From the NCBI GenBank assembly GCA_035703635.1, contig DASSXV010000088.1:1-37779 (forward strand): a DNA stretch of 37,779 nt, written 5' to 3'. Below, one piece after another: positions 1-9,049 of the stretch. The notes beneath the pieces were generated by a model. It was not told where the DNA came from and made no database searches. It was given only the letters and a program-made list of their open reading frames with translations. The position numbers and the translations under genes are program-made. Numbering within the stretch: position 1 is the first letter of the stretch; each line of letters opens with the position of its first letter. This DNA comes from Trueperaceae bacterium (GTDB lineage: Bacteria > Deinococcota > Deinococci > Deinococcales > Trueperaceae).

Positions 1-2
1 AG

Positions 3-179
3 GCCGTCAACGTCCTGTTCCGCGAACCCGGAATGACCACTGAGCGCCTGGCGCAGCTAGGCGTGCGCCGCGCCAGCGTGGGCTCGGGCCAAGGCCACCT
101 GGCTGGCGTTCGACGAGGCCACCTCACAACTTGCGTCACAGGGGTCGCTGCCCGCGGCGCTGTTCCAACCGCAAGCTGA
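3..179 (+). pseudogene. 3' end of isocitrate lyase/PEP mutase family gene (runs off the left edge), apparently frameshifted near 87
   Basis: Frame 3 reads AVNVLFREPGMTTERLAQLGVRRASVGS, the typical C-terminal PEP-mutase motif. The expected continuation AKATWLAFDEATSQLASQG is in frame 1 from 88. Frame 3 stops at 177-179. Confidence 0.55.
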
Positions 180-290
180 GGCCATGCTCAAACGGCCCAC
201 GAGCTGGCCCCTAAGCGCGGGCGTCTCAAAAGCCGCCAGAGCGCCGTCCCAACACCGACTACCTCTGGAGGTACGGCATAACCTAGGCCC

Positions 291-1094
291 GTGCCGTCAT
301 CTACCAAGCACACGACCCGTGAAAGTGCACCCCTGCCGTGCTGGCATCAGGCGCTCACCAAGCCGCAGGGTTCCTTCCACCGCGCCACCTTCGCGGCGTG
401 GCTACTCATGACCGCTTTAGCTCTGGCGGTGGCCCAACCAGTCGCCTACCGAGGCGTGCCGGGCGGCGCCACCTGGCAAGCCGGCGACTTCGCTGCCGCC
501 TACCAAGAGGCCATCCAGGTCGACACCGCGGCGGCCCAGCTGCTTGCGTCGCGTGCGGCCACAGATCAAGCCGTTTACCTCGAGAACGAGTCGGCACCTG
601 CGCTCGCTTGGCTCAACCGCGCCACGGTTGCCGCCCAGCTTAGCCACGACCTCGACCCAACCGGGCCGTTGGCAGCCGCAGCCACCATGGCCGCCGCCCG
701 GGCCAAGGGCGAGGCCGGTTTCCACCAAGGAGCCTTCGCGAAGGCCTTCCTGCCTGGCGAGCTACAGAAGCTGTTCGAGCGGGCGCTCGAACTCGACCCC
801 GACAACGCATACGCTCTCGTCTCCTACGCGGCCTGGCACTTCGCTTTGACCGAGATCGGCGTTGGGTGGCTGTTCGGCGCCGATCGCAGCCAGGTACTGC
901 CGCTGATGGAACGCGGGGTCGCTGCTGCGCCACGCCAGATCAACTTACGCGTCGAGTACGCCAGGGTGCTGTTCGCATTAGGTCGGCGTGCGGAAGCGCT
1001 TGAGCAGGTGGACACCGCGTTGGCTTTGCCCGTGCGCACCGCCGCCGATCGCTTCGAGCAGGCGAGGGCGCGTGACCTACCGTCGTCACCGTGA
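291..1094 (+). CDS. secreted tetratricopeptide-repeat protein (start uncertain; ATG 408 is an alternative)
   Basis: Signal-like segment WLLMTALALAVAQ; TPR-like helices FERALELDPDNAYALVSYA and LRVEYARVLFALGRRAEALEQVDTALAL. Confidence 0.75.
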   Translation: MPSSTKHTTRESAPLPCWHQALTKPQGSFHRATFAAWLLMTALALAVAQPVAYRGVPGGATWQAGDFAAAYQEAIQVDTAAAQLLASRAATDQAVYLENESAPALAWLNRATVAAQLSHDLDPTGPLAAAATMAAARAKGEAGFHQGAFAKAFLPGELQKLFERALELDPDNAYALVSYAAWHFALTEIGVGWLFGADRSQVLPLMERGVAAAPRQINLRVEYARVLFALGRRAEALEQVDTALALPVRTAADRFEQARARDLPSSP

Positions 1095-1174
1095 CGGCTC
1101 CGCCTCTATATTGGTCTTCCACACGCGGGGGACCGCCTCGCCTACTTTGGACGTTCGCGGAGGGAGAAACCGGC

Positions 1175-1666
1175 ATGAGCATGAACCGCAGCGCAAAGAT
1201 CTTCCCGCACCTGTGGTACGCGGCGGAGGCCGAGGAGGCCGCCCGCTTCTACACTTCGCTCTTCCCCGACTCCCACGTCGACGCGGTAACTCCGATCCCA
1301 AGCGACTCGCCAAGCGGTCCAGCAGGTTCCGCGTCCATCGTCGACTTCACACTGTTCGGGCAACGTCTGCAGGCGATAAGCGCGGGTCCACACCACGAGT
1401 TCAACGACGCCATGTCGCTCGTGGTGATGTGCGACGACCAAGAGGAGCTTGACCGCTACTGGAACGCGTTCCTGGCGGACGGCGGCCACGAACAAGCGTG
1501 CGGCTGGCTGACTGATCGTTTCGGCGTGCGGTGGCAGTTCGTTCCGCGGGTCATCGACGACCTCCAGCGCACGGCCGACCCGCAAGGCTTCAAGCGCATG
1601 GCAGACGCCCTGCTGAAGATGGTGAAGCTCGACATCGCGGAACTGCTCGCGGCCTACGAGGGGTGA
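1175..1666 (+). CDS. VOC family / PhnB-like (3-demethylubiquinone-9 methyltransferase-like) protein
   Basis: KIFPHLWY..AEEAARFYTSLF, FNDAMSLVVMCDDQEELDRYW, CGWLTDRFGVRWQ, MVKLDIAEL; GGAG RBS before ATG 1175. Confidence 0.9.
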   Translation: MSMNRSAKIFPHLWYAAEAEEAARFYTSLFPDSHVDAVTPIPSDSPSGPAGSASIVDFTLFGQRLQAISAGPHHEFNDAMSLVVMCDDQEELDRYWNAFLADGGHEQACGWLTDRFGVRWQFVPRVIDDLQRTADPQGFKRMADALLKMVKLDIAELLAAYEG

Positions 1667-1731
1667 ACCGCCGTCGAAAGCGACGTGCGGCGTGCCGGCA
1701 GCTGCGGGCCGCGACTGTTTAGAATCGCGGC

Positions 1732-2289
1732 ATGGGACTCTTGACCTTCGGCCTAAACGTCACCGTGGACGGCTGCGTCGACCATCGGGAGGGCGTCGCC
1801 GACGACGAGACGCACGCTTTCTTCACCCGGCTCATGGACGACGCGGGGGCCATGCTGTGGGGTCGCGTGACCTACGAGTTGATGGAGGGCTACTGGCCCG
1901 CGGTGGCTCGGGGTGATGAGGAGGCGCCGCCAGCGCTACGCGAATGGGCGGTGAAGCTGGAGGCAAAACCGAAGTACGTGGTGTCGTCCACTAGAAGCGA
2001 CTACTCGTGGACGAACAGCCATCACCTCACCGGCGACCTGCGCGCGGCAGTGCAGCGCCTCAAGGACGCGACCCCAGCTGGCGTGCTCCTCGGCAGCGGC
2101 AAGCTCGCCACCGAGTTGGACCGGCTTGACCTGATCGACGAGTACGTCTTCCTCGTCCAGCCCATGATCGCCGGCCACGGTCCCACCCTGTACCAGGGCG
2201 GACTGCCCAGCACGCGTAGGCTCGAACTGATCTCCGCGCAGCCGCTCCACAACGGCGCGATCGCCACGCACTACCGCCGCGCGGGCTGA
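1732..2289 (+). CDS. dihydrofolate reductase family (RibD C-terminal domain) protein
   Basis: NVTVDG, MLWGRVTYE, KYVVSST, GSGKLA, LIDEY..VQPMIAGHG. Confidence 0.9.
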   Translation: MGLLTFGLNVTVDGCVDHREGVADDETHAFFTRLMDDAGAMLWGRVTYELMEGYWPAVARGDEEAPPALREWAVKLEAKPKYVVSSTRSDYSWTNSHHLTGDLRAAVQRLKDATPAGVLLGSGKLATELDRLDLIDEYVFLVQPMIAGHGPTLYQGGLPSTRRLELISAQPLHNGAIATHYRRAG

Positions 2290-2387
2290 GTCTTACGAAT
2301 AGCCCCGGCAGCGGCGCTCAGGCCTCGAAGAGGGTCGAATCATGACCTGCCCCTACGTTTGCCACGTCCAATGGTCTAACATGCGCC

Positions 2388-3005
2388 ATGAGGAAAATCG
2401 TGGTTCAAGTGTTCATCACCTTGGATGGGGTGATGCAGGCGCCCGGTCGCCCCGACGAGGACCCGAGCAACGGCTTCCCTTACGGCGGTTGGACTGCGGG
2501 GTACTTCTCCGCGGCGGACGAGGAGGCGGGCGACTTCATGGCCAGGCACCTGGCGCCGTCTGACCTCCTCCTTGGCCGGAAGACCTATGCGATGTTCGCC
2601 GACTACTGGCCGAAGCACGCACAGATGTGGCCTGGCATCCTTGACGTGACCAAGTACGTGGCTAGCACGACGATGGATGAGCAGCAGGTCGCCGGATCCG
2701 GCTGGAGGAACTCCGCCCTGCTCACGAACATCGCTGACGTCAAGGCGCTCAAGGAGACCGACGGCACCGACCTCAAGGTCATCGGCAGCAGCGTGCTCGT
2801 CCAGTCCCTCTTCGCTCACGACCTAGTCGACGAGTTGGTGCTGATGACCTATCCCGTCGTGCTCGGCACGGGCAAGAAGCTGTTTACCGATGGCGCCACA
2901 TCTGCGGCCTTCACGCTGTCGGAATGCGTTTTCACGTCCAACGGCGTCCTGCTAGCCCACTACCAGAAGTCCGGCGAGGTCAGGACCGGTATCGTCGGCG
3001 AATGA
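2388..3005 (+). CDS. dihydrofolate reductase family (RibD C-terminal domain) protein
   Basis: FITLDGVMQAPG..ED, LLLGRKTY, KYVASTT, IGSSVLVQSL, LVDE..YPVVLGTGKKLF. Confidence 0.92.
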   Translation: MRKIVVQVFITLDGVMQAPGRPDEDPSNGFPYGGWTAGYFSAADEEAGDFMARHLAPSDLLLGRKTYAMFADYWPKHAQMWPGILDVTKYVASTTMDEQQVAGSGWRNSALLTNIADVKALKETDGTDLKVIGSSVLVQSLFAHDLVDELVLMTYPVVLGTGKKLFTDGATSAAFTLSECVFTSNGVLLAHYQKSGEVRTGIVGE

Positions 3006-3034
3006 GCCCGTCCGTAACAGGGAGGCCACAAAGC

Positions 3035-3445
3035 ATGAAACTAACCGTTGAGAATACGGTCAAGGCGCCACTCAAAGAGGTGTGGCGGGCATACTCGAAC
3101 CCAGACGACATCATGCAGTGGAACGCCGCGTCAGACGACTGGCACACGACCTCCTCCACCGTCGACCTGCGCCCTGGCGGTAAGTTCTCGTCGCGCATGG
3201 AGGCGAAGGACGGAAGTGCCGGCTTCGACTTCGCAGGCACCTACACCAAGATCGTGGAGAACAAGCTCATCGAGTACTCGTTCGGCGACCGCGAAGCGCG
3301 CGTCGACTTCCACGAACTGCCGCAGGGCGTGAAGGTCACCGTTACCTTCGACGCCGAGGCCGAGCATCCCGCCGACATGCAGCGGGCAGGTTGGCAGGCC
3401 ATCCTCGACAACTTCGCGAGGCACGTCGAGGATGGCCGCCAGTAG
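3035..3445 (+). CDS. SRPBCC / AHSA1 (Bet v1-like) domain protein
   Basis: QWNAASDDWH, DLRPGGKFSSRMEAKDGS.GFDF.GTY, MQRAGWQAILDNF; GGAGG RBS before ATG 3035. Confidence 0.92.
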   Translation: MKLTVENTVKAPLKEVWRAYSNPDDIMQWNAASDDWHTTSSTVDLRPGGKFSSRMEAKDGSAGFDFAGTYTKIVENKLIEYSFGDREARVDFHELPQGVKVTVTFDAEAEHPADMQRAGWQAILDNFARHVEDGRQ

Positions 3446-3452
3446 CACGGGT

Positions 3453-4226
3453 CTAGCCGAAGTGGCGACGCCCCCGCATTATCACGTTCTCGACGATGCG
3501 GTCGCACCTCTCACCGTCGAACGCGAACGCGTCACTCAACCCGACATCGACCGAGCCTGCGAGTCCCTCGCGTAGGAGCTTGCGGGCGCGGAAGGCGCGG
3601 GTGCGCACCGTAGCCACCGGGATGCCGAGGGCGTCGGCCACGTCCCTAGCTGCCAACCCCTCGACGTCCCTGAGCATGAAGACCGTGCGGAAGTCGTCGG
3701 GTAGCAGGTCTATCTGTTGCTCGATGACGGCGCGTAGCTGCGCGCGTTGAGTCGACTGCTCTGGGCCGTGGCTGGGCGTGTCGGCTAGCGCCAGCTGCAT
3801 CTTCGGGTCGGGTGAGGTCATGGCATCATCAAGGGGAATGGTGTGGATCTTGGCGCGGCGCAGGCGCCCTAACGCTTCGTTCGTGACTATCCGGACCAGC
3901 CACGTCGAGAGCTTGCTGTCCGCTCGGAACGAGTCGAGCGCCAGCCAGGCACGCAGGAATGCGTCCTGCACGGCCTCCTCTGCCCCTTCGTCGCTCTTGA
4001 GGACGCTGCGCGCCGTGCGGAAGAGCAGCTGGTTGTGACGGCGCATGATCTTCTCGAAAGCGGCCTCGTCACCAGCCACGGCTAGCGCGACCAGCACCCC
4101 CTCCGGCTCACTTCCGGCCACTTGCGCTGGCAGCGCTCTGGCCTTGCTAGCGTCTGGCATGCTCTCCGTTCGGTCCCTGGCTACGCCGAAGCGCGGCCGC
4201 CGCAGCACCACGGTCTGGGCCCTCAT
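3453..4226 (-). CDS. ECF RNA polymerase sigma factor, ECF29-like (C-terminal RCD extension)
   Basis: Region 2 GDEAAFEKIMRRHNQLLFRTARSVL..AEEAVQDAF..STWLVRI..NEAL; region 4 LPDDFRTVFMLRDVEGL..VATVRTRAFRAR; tail AFAFDGERCDRIV. Confidence 0.9.
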   Translation of the reverse strand: MRAQTVVLRRPRFGVARDRTESMPDASKARALPAQVAGSEPEGVLVALAVAGDEAAFEKIMRRHNQLLFRTARSVLKSDEGAEEAVQDAFLRAWLALDSFRADSKLSTWLVRIVTNEALGRLRRAKIHTIPLDDAMTSPDPKMQLALADTPSHGPEQSTQRAQLRAVIEQQIDLLPDDFRTVFMLRDVEGLAARDVADALGIPVATVRTRAFRARKLLREGLAGSVDVGLSDAFAFDGERCDRIVENVIMRGRRHFG

Positions 4227-4228
4227 TA

Positions 4229-4921
4229 TCAGTCCACGAACCTCTCGGGGAACGCTGCGATGAGACCGTCCGTCAACACGTCAGCCAGCATCATCATGTG
4301 CGCTTCGGCCTTGCCGTACTCTGCTATGCCCTCCGCGTGCCTGCCTTCTAGGAGGGCCGTGGCGTACACGAGGGTCGTGTCGATATGCCCCTTGAGCATC
4401 TCGCGGACGGTCGCCTGCGGCCAGTTGGCGTTGGCGGCAGCCAAGAAGTCGGCTATCTCTTGCGCATTGGCGTAAGCCACTGCGATGGCGAGGTCAGTGG
4501 CGGTGCCCTCGCTGGCCTTGGCGGCCCTCACAACCTCGACGGCAGCGGCGATGTGCTCCTGGAGCAGCTTAGCCAGGGCGTCTCCCGCGGCCTCGCCATA
4601 GAACGGCTTGATGGCGGCACCGATGTCGACTTGGTTCTGCATGAGTCGCTCCGCGGTGGCCTCGAACGCTGGCGACTCCGTTGCGAACGCGGTCACGGCG
4701 GCGTACGTCCACTCCATGTGCTGCGCCCACAGGTCACGCATCGCGTTGTTGAGCGAGAGGGCGCTCACGCTGTTGACGATGCGGTTGGGCTCGTCCGCGT
4801 GCGTGTCGTGCTGAGCGAACGCATGCGGGATAACGAAGCTTACGCAGAGCGCGGTGGCCACCAGCGCGCGAACGGCTAGGCGGCGAGCTGAAGGGTGTTG
4901 CTGAGTAACGGCGTAGTACAT
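4229..4921 (-). CDS. secreted His-rich alpha-helical protein of unknown function (possible metal-binding four-helix bundle)
   Basis: Signal peptide ending AFA-Q; helices [39 protein letters not shown]. Confidence 0.8.
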   Translation of the reverse strand: MYYAVTQQHPSARRLAVRALVATALCVSFVIPHAFAQHDTHADEPNRIVNSVSALSLNNAMRDLWAQHMEWTYAAVTAFATESPAFEATAERLMQNQVDIGAAIKPFYGEAAGDALAKLLQEHIAAAVEVVRAAKASEGTATDLAIAVAYANAQEIADFLAAANANWPQATVREMLKGHIDTTLVYATALLEGRHAEGIAEYGKAEAHMMMLADVLTDGLIAAFPERFVD

Positions 4922-5005
4922 ACCGACCTCCGGGGTCGAGGAAGTGCTAGTGAACGAAGGCTAAGCACGCGGCCTAACTGCCCCGTTGCTGCTCGCTCTA
5001 TTACG

Positions 5006-5035
5006 TTAGATGCAGTTGTTGGGCCTAGCGTTCCC
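5006..5035 (-). promoter_or_regulatory. candidate ECF promoter GGGAAC-N16-GCATCTAA upstream of the His-rich protein/sigma operon
   Basis: Minus strand reads GGGAAC gctaggcccaacaact GCATCTAA; the AAC-containing -35 is typical of ECF promoters. Confidence 0.6.
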
Positions 5036-5048
5036 GGAGGGTCGTTGA

Positions 5049-7265
5049 CTAGCGCATGACGCGGTCGGGCTGCTGCGCCGCCTTCCACGCCTCAAGTTCC
5101 GCTAGAGCGTGGCGATAGCCGATCTCGATCAGTTCTGCATGGTTCTGGAAATCCAGCTTGCTGTACGCCTGAACCGGGTGCTCAACCACGATGTCGGCGA
5201 GCTTGCGCGCGGTGATGCTCTGGTGCTTCGAGCCAACCGACGTCGCCTCCATCAGGGTCTTGATGATGGTCGGGTAACGAGTTCGGTGCTTGCGCGGCCT
5301 GAGGTATTGGGCGAGCGCCCTCCAGCCAGACACGCTGGGGCCGAAGGTGAACGGCTCGCGCCTGGCGCTCTTCGACATGACGCTCGAGGCGACGACCGTG
5401 CCTGATCCGACCATGTCGCGCATCAGGTCAACTGGGAAAGCGTTCATGATGGCGCCGTCTACGAGCAGCGCCCCGTCCTGCACGAACGGGGTGAAGATCC
5501 CGGGAATCGCGCTGCTGGCGCGAATCGCTTCCCAGATCAAGCCCGTTGTGTGCTCGACGGGCACGGCCTCGAACAGGTTCGCGGACACGCACACGAACGG
5601 CATCCACAAGTCCTCGATGCGGCCGCCGCCGAAAACGCTGGTGTACGTGTTGGTGACACCACTAGACTTCGTTAGAGCCACTATCGGAAGGGTCCGGTCG
5701 AGGAGGCGTTTCTTGTCACCGAACATCACGGCGGCCCGCTCCACCTCGGCGGAGCTGCCGCTGAATGCGTAGCCCCCGGCGATGAGGGCCCCCATCGACG
5801 TGCCGGCCACCATGTCGACCTCGATGCCAAGGTCTTCCACGGCTTTCAACAGGCCAATGTGGGCGTAACCGCGGGCGCCTCCCCCACTGAACACGAGGCC
5901 TAGAGCTCGACCCGTCAACCTGCGCACCAAGCGCGGCATCCCGTAACCGTCGCCTGCACGCACGTGGTGCCAGACCGTCGCACGCGTGCCCTCCAACCAG
6001 GGCATAGTGCCGCTCGGCGCGGCACTGCCGGCCGGGTGCAGCAGCACAAGTTGGGCGGTAGCCGGCGCGGTCGACGTGATGGCGTCTGGCGCCGCCGTCG
6101 CGTCCGCGACCACCAGCACGGCGTCCGCCTGGCGCCTGCAGCGATCGATCCAGGCGCGCGCGGAATCGGAGCAGTCATCTGGGTTGCTGTCGCCGATCAA
6201 GACGAGGTAACTATGCTCAGCCTCGAGGTTATTGAGCCAATGCGTCAACGCTACGTCGAGCACCGAACCGGAAGCAGGCAGTGCACCGCCGAACACGCTC
6301 GTGACGTAAGCCTCGTCGATGAGCAGCGTCGAACCCGAGTCGCTCAGTTGCCGTTCGAGCAGGCCAGCCACTTCCCGCACCGGGGCGTCGGCGTGCGCGG
6401 CCATGAGGGCGACTGTCCGCAGGCCGTTGCCGTGAACACCAACGTGACGCCTACTGTCGAGCCGCTCCACCGCCGTGCGGGCGATGCGGGCCATGACCGC
6501 CGGGTAAGACTCCACCAACGTCGCTGGTAGCCGCAAGACGTGACTATCGCGCAACGCGCTAACCGTCTCCGTGCGCGTGGCGCCGCCGAGCACGCCGAGT
6601 TCGCCGACGCTCTCTCCGCGAGAGGCCTGGTATGCGTGCGCCTCCTCGCCACCATCTGGCATCACCTGAAGCCGGCCGCTGGCCACCAGGTACATCCCGT
6701 CGGCGGGGTCGCCCGGACGGTAGAGCACGCCGTCACCTGGGATAGCGACGAACTCGGCGGTGTCCTGCAGCTCTTGGATCACTTGCTCGACATCGGCGAG
6801 GGCGCCGAACCACCGCTCGAAGATGGCCGCCAGCTCGACTCGCTCAAGCCGGGGCGTGATCGCGGCGATCACCTGCTCACGCAAGCCTGGGGTGCTTGCC
6901 GTCAGGTTGTCGAACGCCTCTCTCGTGAAGCACGCTACCGACACCGGTCCGCGTGCGGTCACGGTGGCCGTACGGCGGTTACCGGCCAGCAGGGCCATCT
7001 CGCCGATCACGGCACCTGGCTTGAGGCGGTCGACAACGACCGAGCGGCCCTCTTCCGTGGCGCACGTGACTTCTACCTCGCCGCTCGTGATGAAGTAGAG
7101 CGCGTCCGCCACGTCGCCTTGGCGAATTAGCACCGCACCGTCGGCTAGTTGCTGCACGTCGAGGGCGGCCGCGAGCCTGTTTAGCAAAGACGCGTCCAGG
7201 TCCGCGAAGACCTGGGCTTTGGCCAGCAGCTCCGTAGGCGAGATGGGGCTTAACGACATGGACAC
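5049..7265 (-). CDS. cyclic-nucleotide-binding patatin-like phospholipase (NTE family)
   Basis: Two cNMP domains (IGEMALL..RRTATV; VGELGVL..RTETV); patatin motifs GGGARG, GTSMG and DGA. Confidence 0.92.
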   Translation of the reverse strand: MSMSLSPISPTELLAKAQVFADLDASLLNRLAAALDVQQLADGAVLIRQGDVADALYFITSGEVEVTCATEEGRSVVVDRLKPGAVIGEMALLAGNRRTATVTARGPVSVACFTREAFDNLTASTPGLREQVIAAITPRLERVELAAIFERWFGALADVEQVIQELQDTAEFVAIPGDGVLYRPGDPADGMYLVASGRLQVMPDGGEEAHAYQASRGESVGELGVLGGATRTETVSALRDSHVLRLPATLVESYPAVMARIARTAVERLDSRRHVGVHGNGLRTVALMAAHADAPVREVAGLLERQLSDSGSTLLIDEAYVTSVFGGALPASGSVLDVALTHWLNNLEAEHSYLVLIGDSNPDDCSDSARAWIDRCRRQADAVLVVADATAAPDAITSTAPATAQLVLLHPAGSAAPSGTMPWLEGTRATVWHHVRAGDGYGMPRLVRRLTGRALGLVFSGGGARGYAHIGLLKAVEDLGIEVDMVAGTSMGALIAGGYAFSGSSAEVERAAVMFGDKKRLLDRTLPIVALTKSSGVTNTYTSVFGGGRIEDLWMPFVCVSANLFEAVPVEHTTGLIWEAIRASSAIPGIFTPFVQDGALLVDGAIMNAFPVDLMRDMVGSGTVVASSVMSKSARREPFTFGPSVSGWRALAQYLRPRKHRTRYPTIIKTLMEATSVGSKHQSITARKLADIVVEHPVQAYSKLDFQNHAELIEIGYRHALAELEAWKAAQQPDRVMR

Positions 7266-7474
7266 CCCGCCTCACTAGGGCGGGTCCCAGCTCCAACCAA
7301 CCAGGGCGCAATCACAGCTCCACCACGTTGAGACATACTAATCGGTTCTGTTCGCACATAGACGCACCGGCGCCGTCAATCCGACGTGGTGCGCGGGCGT
7401 CTGCAGGCAGCCGAAGCGGCCGCGCACCTTGCGGCGACGTAAGTCGTTCTCTCGTTGCGCTACAGTAACCAGCC

Positions 7475-8164
7475 GTGGAGTCAACTCACCTAGACCTCGA
7501 AACCGCCCTCGCCGAGCTCAGCGCTCTTGGAAATGAGTCGGTGCGGGAACGCTACCGCAAGGCGGGCGCGAGCGAGAACATGTTTGGCGTCCTCCTTGGC
7601 GACATCCGCAAGGTGGCCGCCAAGCGCAAGAACCAACACGACCTCGGCCTGGCACTGTGGGCGACGGGGAACCTAGACGCGCGCCTGCTCGGCATACTGC
7701 TCCTGAAACCGCGCGACATCGCGCCAGCGGACCTTGACGCCATGGTGCGCGACGCAGATTTCGCACAGCTAGCAGACTGGTTGAACTCGTACATCGTGAA
7801 GAACCACCCCTCGCGAGAGTCACTTCGCGAAGCCTGGATGGCGGACGCCAACGGCTGGGTTGCTCGCGCTGGTTGGAGCCTAACGGCCGGGCGTGTTGCC
7901 AGAAGCCCAGAAGGCCTCGACTTGGCGGCGCTACTTGACCGTTTGGAGGCGGAGATGCCGGCAGCCGCCCCCCAGACGCAGTGGACCATGAACAACTGTC
8001 TCGCAAGCATCGGTATCAACGTGCCGCAGTTGCGCCAACGCGCCATCGCCATAGGCGAGGCATTGGGCATCTACCGCGACTATCCCGTTCCGCGGGGCTG
8101 CACCTCACCGTTCGCACCGCTTTGGATCAACGAGATGGTCAGGCGTCAGGAGACTCCCGCCTAG
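7475..8164 (+). CDS. DNA alkylation repair protein (AlkD-like HEAT repeat)
   Basis: FGVLLGDIRKVA, LWATGNLDARLL, QWTMNNCLASIGI, YRDYPVPRGCTSPFAPLWI. Confidence 0.85.
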   Translation: MESTHLDLETALAELSALGNESVRERYRKAGASENMFGVLLGDIRKVAAKRKNQHDLGLALWATGNLDARLLGILLLKPRDIAPADLDAMVRDADFAQLADWLNSYIVKNHPSRESLREAWMADANGWVARAGWSLTAGRVARSPEGLDLAALLDRLEAEMPAAAPQTQWTMNNCLASIGINVPQLRQRAIAIGEALGIYRDYPVPRGCTSPFAPLWINEMVRRQETPA

Positions 8165-8184
8165 CCAGGCGCGGAGTGTAGAGA

Positions 8185-8613
8185 GTGACCACTGACCCTT
8201 TCAACCTGCAGCGTTTCCTGACTGCCCAGGACGAGGTCTACGACGACGTCTTGGCCGAGCTGACCGCGGGTCACAAAGAGTCGCACTGGATGTGGTTCGT
8301 CTTCCCACAAGTTGCCGGCCTTGGGTTCAGTCTCAACGCCGAGTACTTTGCCATCGGCTCTAGGAGCGAGGCGGTCGCCTATCTCGAGCATCCCATCCTT
8401 GGCGCGCGCTTGCGGGAGTGCGCCGGGTTGCTCCTCGCGGTTGACGGGAAAAGCGCGACACAGCTCCTTGGCTCGCCAGACGACCTGAAGCTGTGCTCGA
8501 GCATGACGCTGTTCGCGCAGGTGGCGGACCGGGAAAACATCTTCACGCGGGTGCTGGAGAAGTATTACAGCGGGGTGCCTGACCCGGCGACCTTAACCGC
8601 GCTGTCAGTGTAG
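8185..8613 (+). CDS. DUF1810 family protein
   Basis: LQRFLTAQ, GHKESHWMWFVFPQ, EAVAYLEHPILGARL, PDDLKL.SSMTLF. Confidence 0.92.
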   Translation: MTTDPFNLQRFLTAQDEVYDDVLAELTAGHKESHWMWFVFPQVAGLGFSLNAEYFAIGSRSEAVAYLEHPILGARLRECAGLLLAVDGKSATQLLGSPDDLKLCSSMTLFAQVADRENIFTRVLEKYYSGVPDPATLTALSV

Positions 8614-8629
8614 TCCCTCGCCCACCTCG

Positions 8630-8650
8630 TACACCCCCTGGGGGTATACT
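8630..8650 (+). promoter_or_regulatory. CsoR/RcnR-type operator (TACACCCCC-T-GGGGGTATA) overlapping the -10 box TATACT of thioredoxin
   Basis: Near-perfect C-tract/G-tract inverted repeat at 8630-8648; TATACT at 8645-8650 lies 6 nt before the ATG. Confidence 0.65.
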
Positions 8651-8656
8651 TCTGAC

Positions 8657-9049
8657 ATGGCTACGCTAGAGATCACCACCCAGAACTTCAACTCGACCAT
8701 CGCAGACAACGACATCGTGTTCCTCGACTTCTGGGCCGCCTGGTGCGGTCCGTGCCGCATGTTCGGACCCATCTTCGAGAAGTCATCTGAGGCCCACCCA
8801 GACGTCGTGTTCGGCAAGGTCGACACGGAAGCACAGCAAGAGCTAGCTGCCGCTTTCCAGATCCGCTCCATCCCCACGCTGATGGCTTTCCGCGAGAACG
8901 TCCTGGTGTTCGCGCAGCCAGGGGCGTTGAACGGTCAGCAGTTGGAAGAGGTCATCGCCGCCGTGCGTGGGCTGGACATGCAAGAGGTGCACGCCGAGGT
9001 AGCGGCACAGGCCGAACAAGCACAACAAGCCGCGAGCCCCTCGGCGTAG
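8657..9049 (+). CDS. trxA: thioredoxin
   Basis: DFWAAWCGPCR active site; IRSIPTLM cis-Pro motif. Confidence 0.95.
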   Translation: MATLEITTQNFNSTIADNDIVFLDFWAAWCGPCRMFGPIFEKSSEAHPDVVFGKVDTEAQQELAAAFQIRSIPTLMAFRENVLVFAQPGALNGQQLEEVIAAVRGLDMQEVHAEVAAQAEQAQQAASPSA

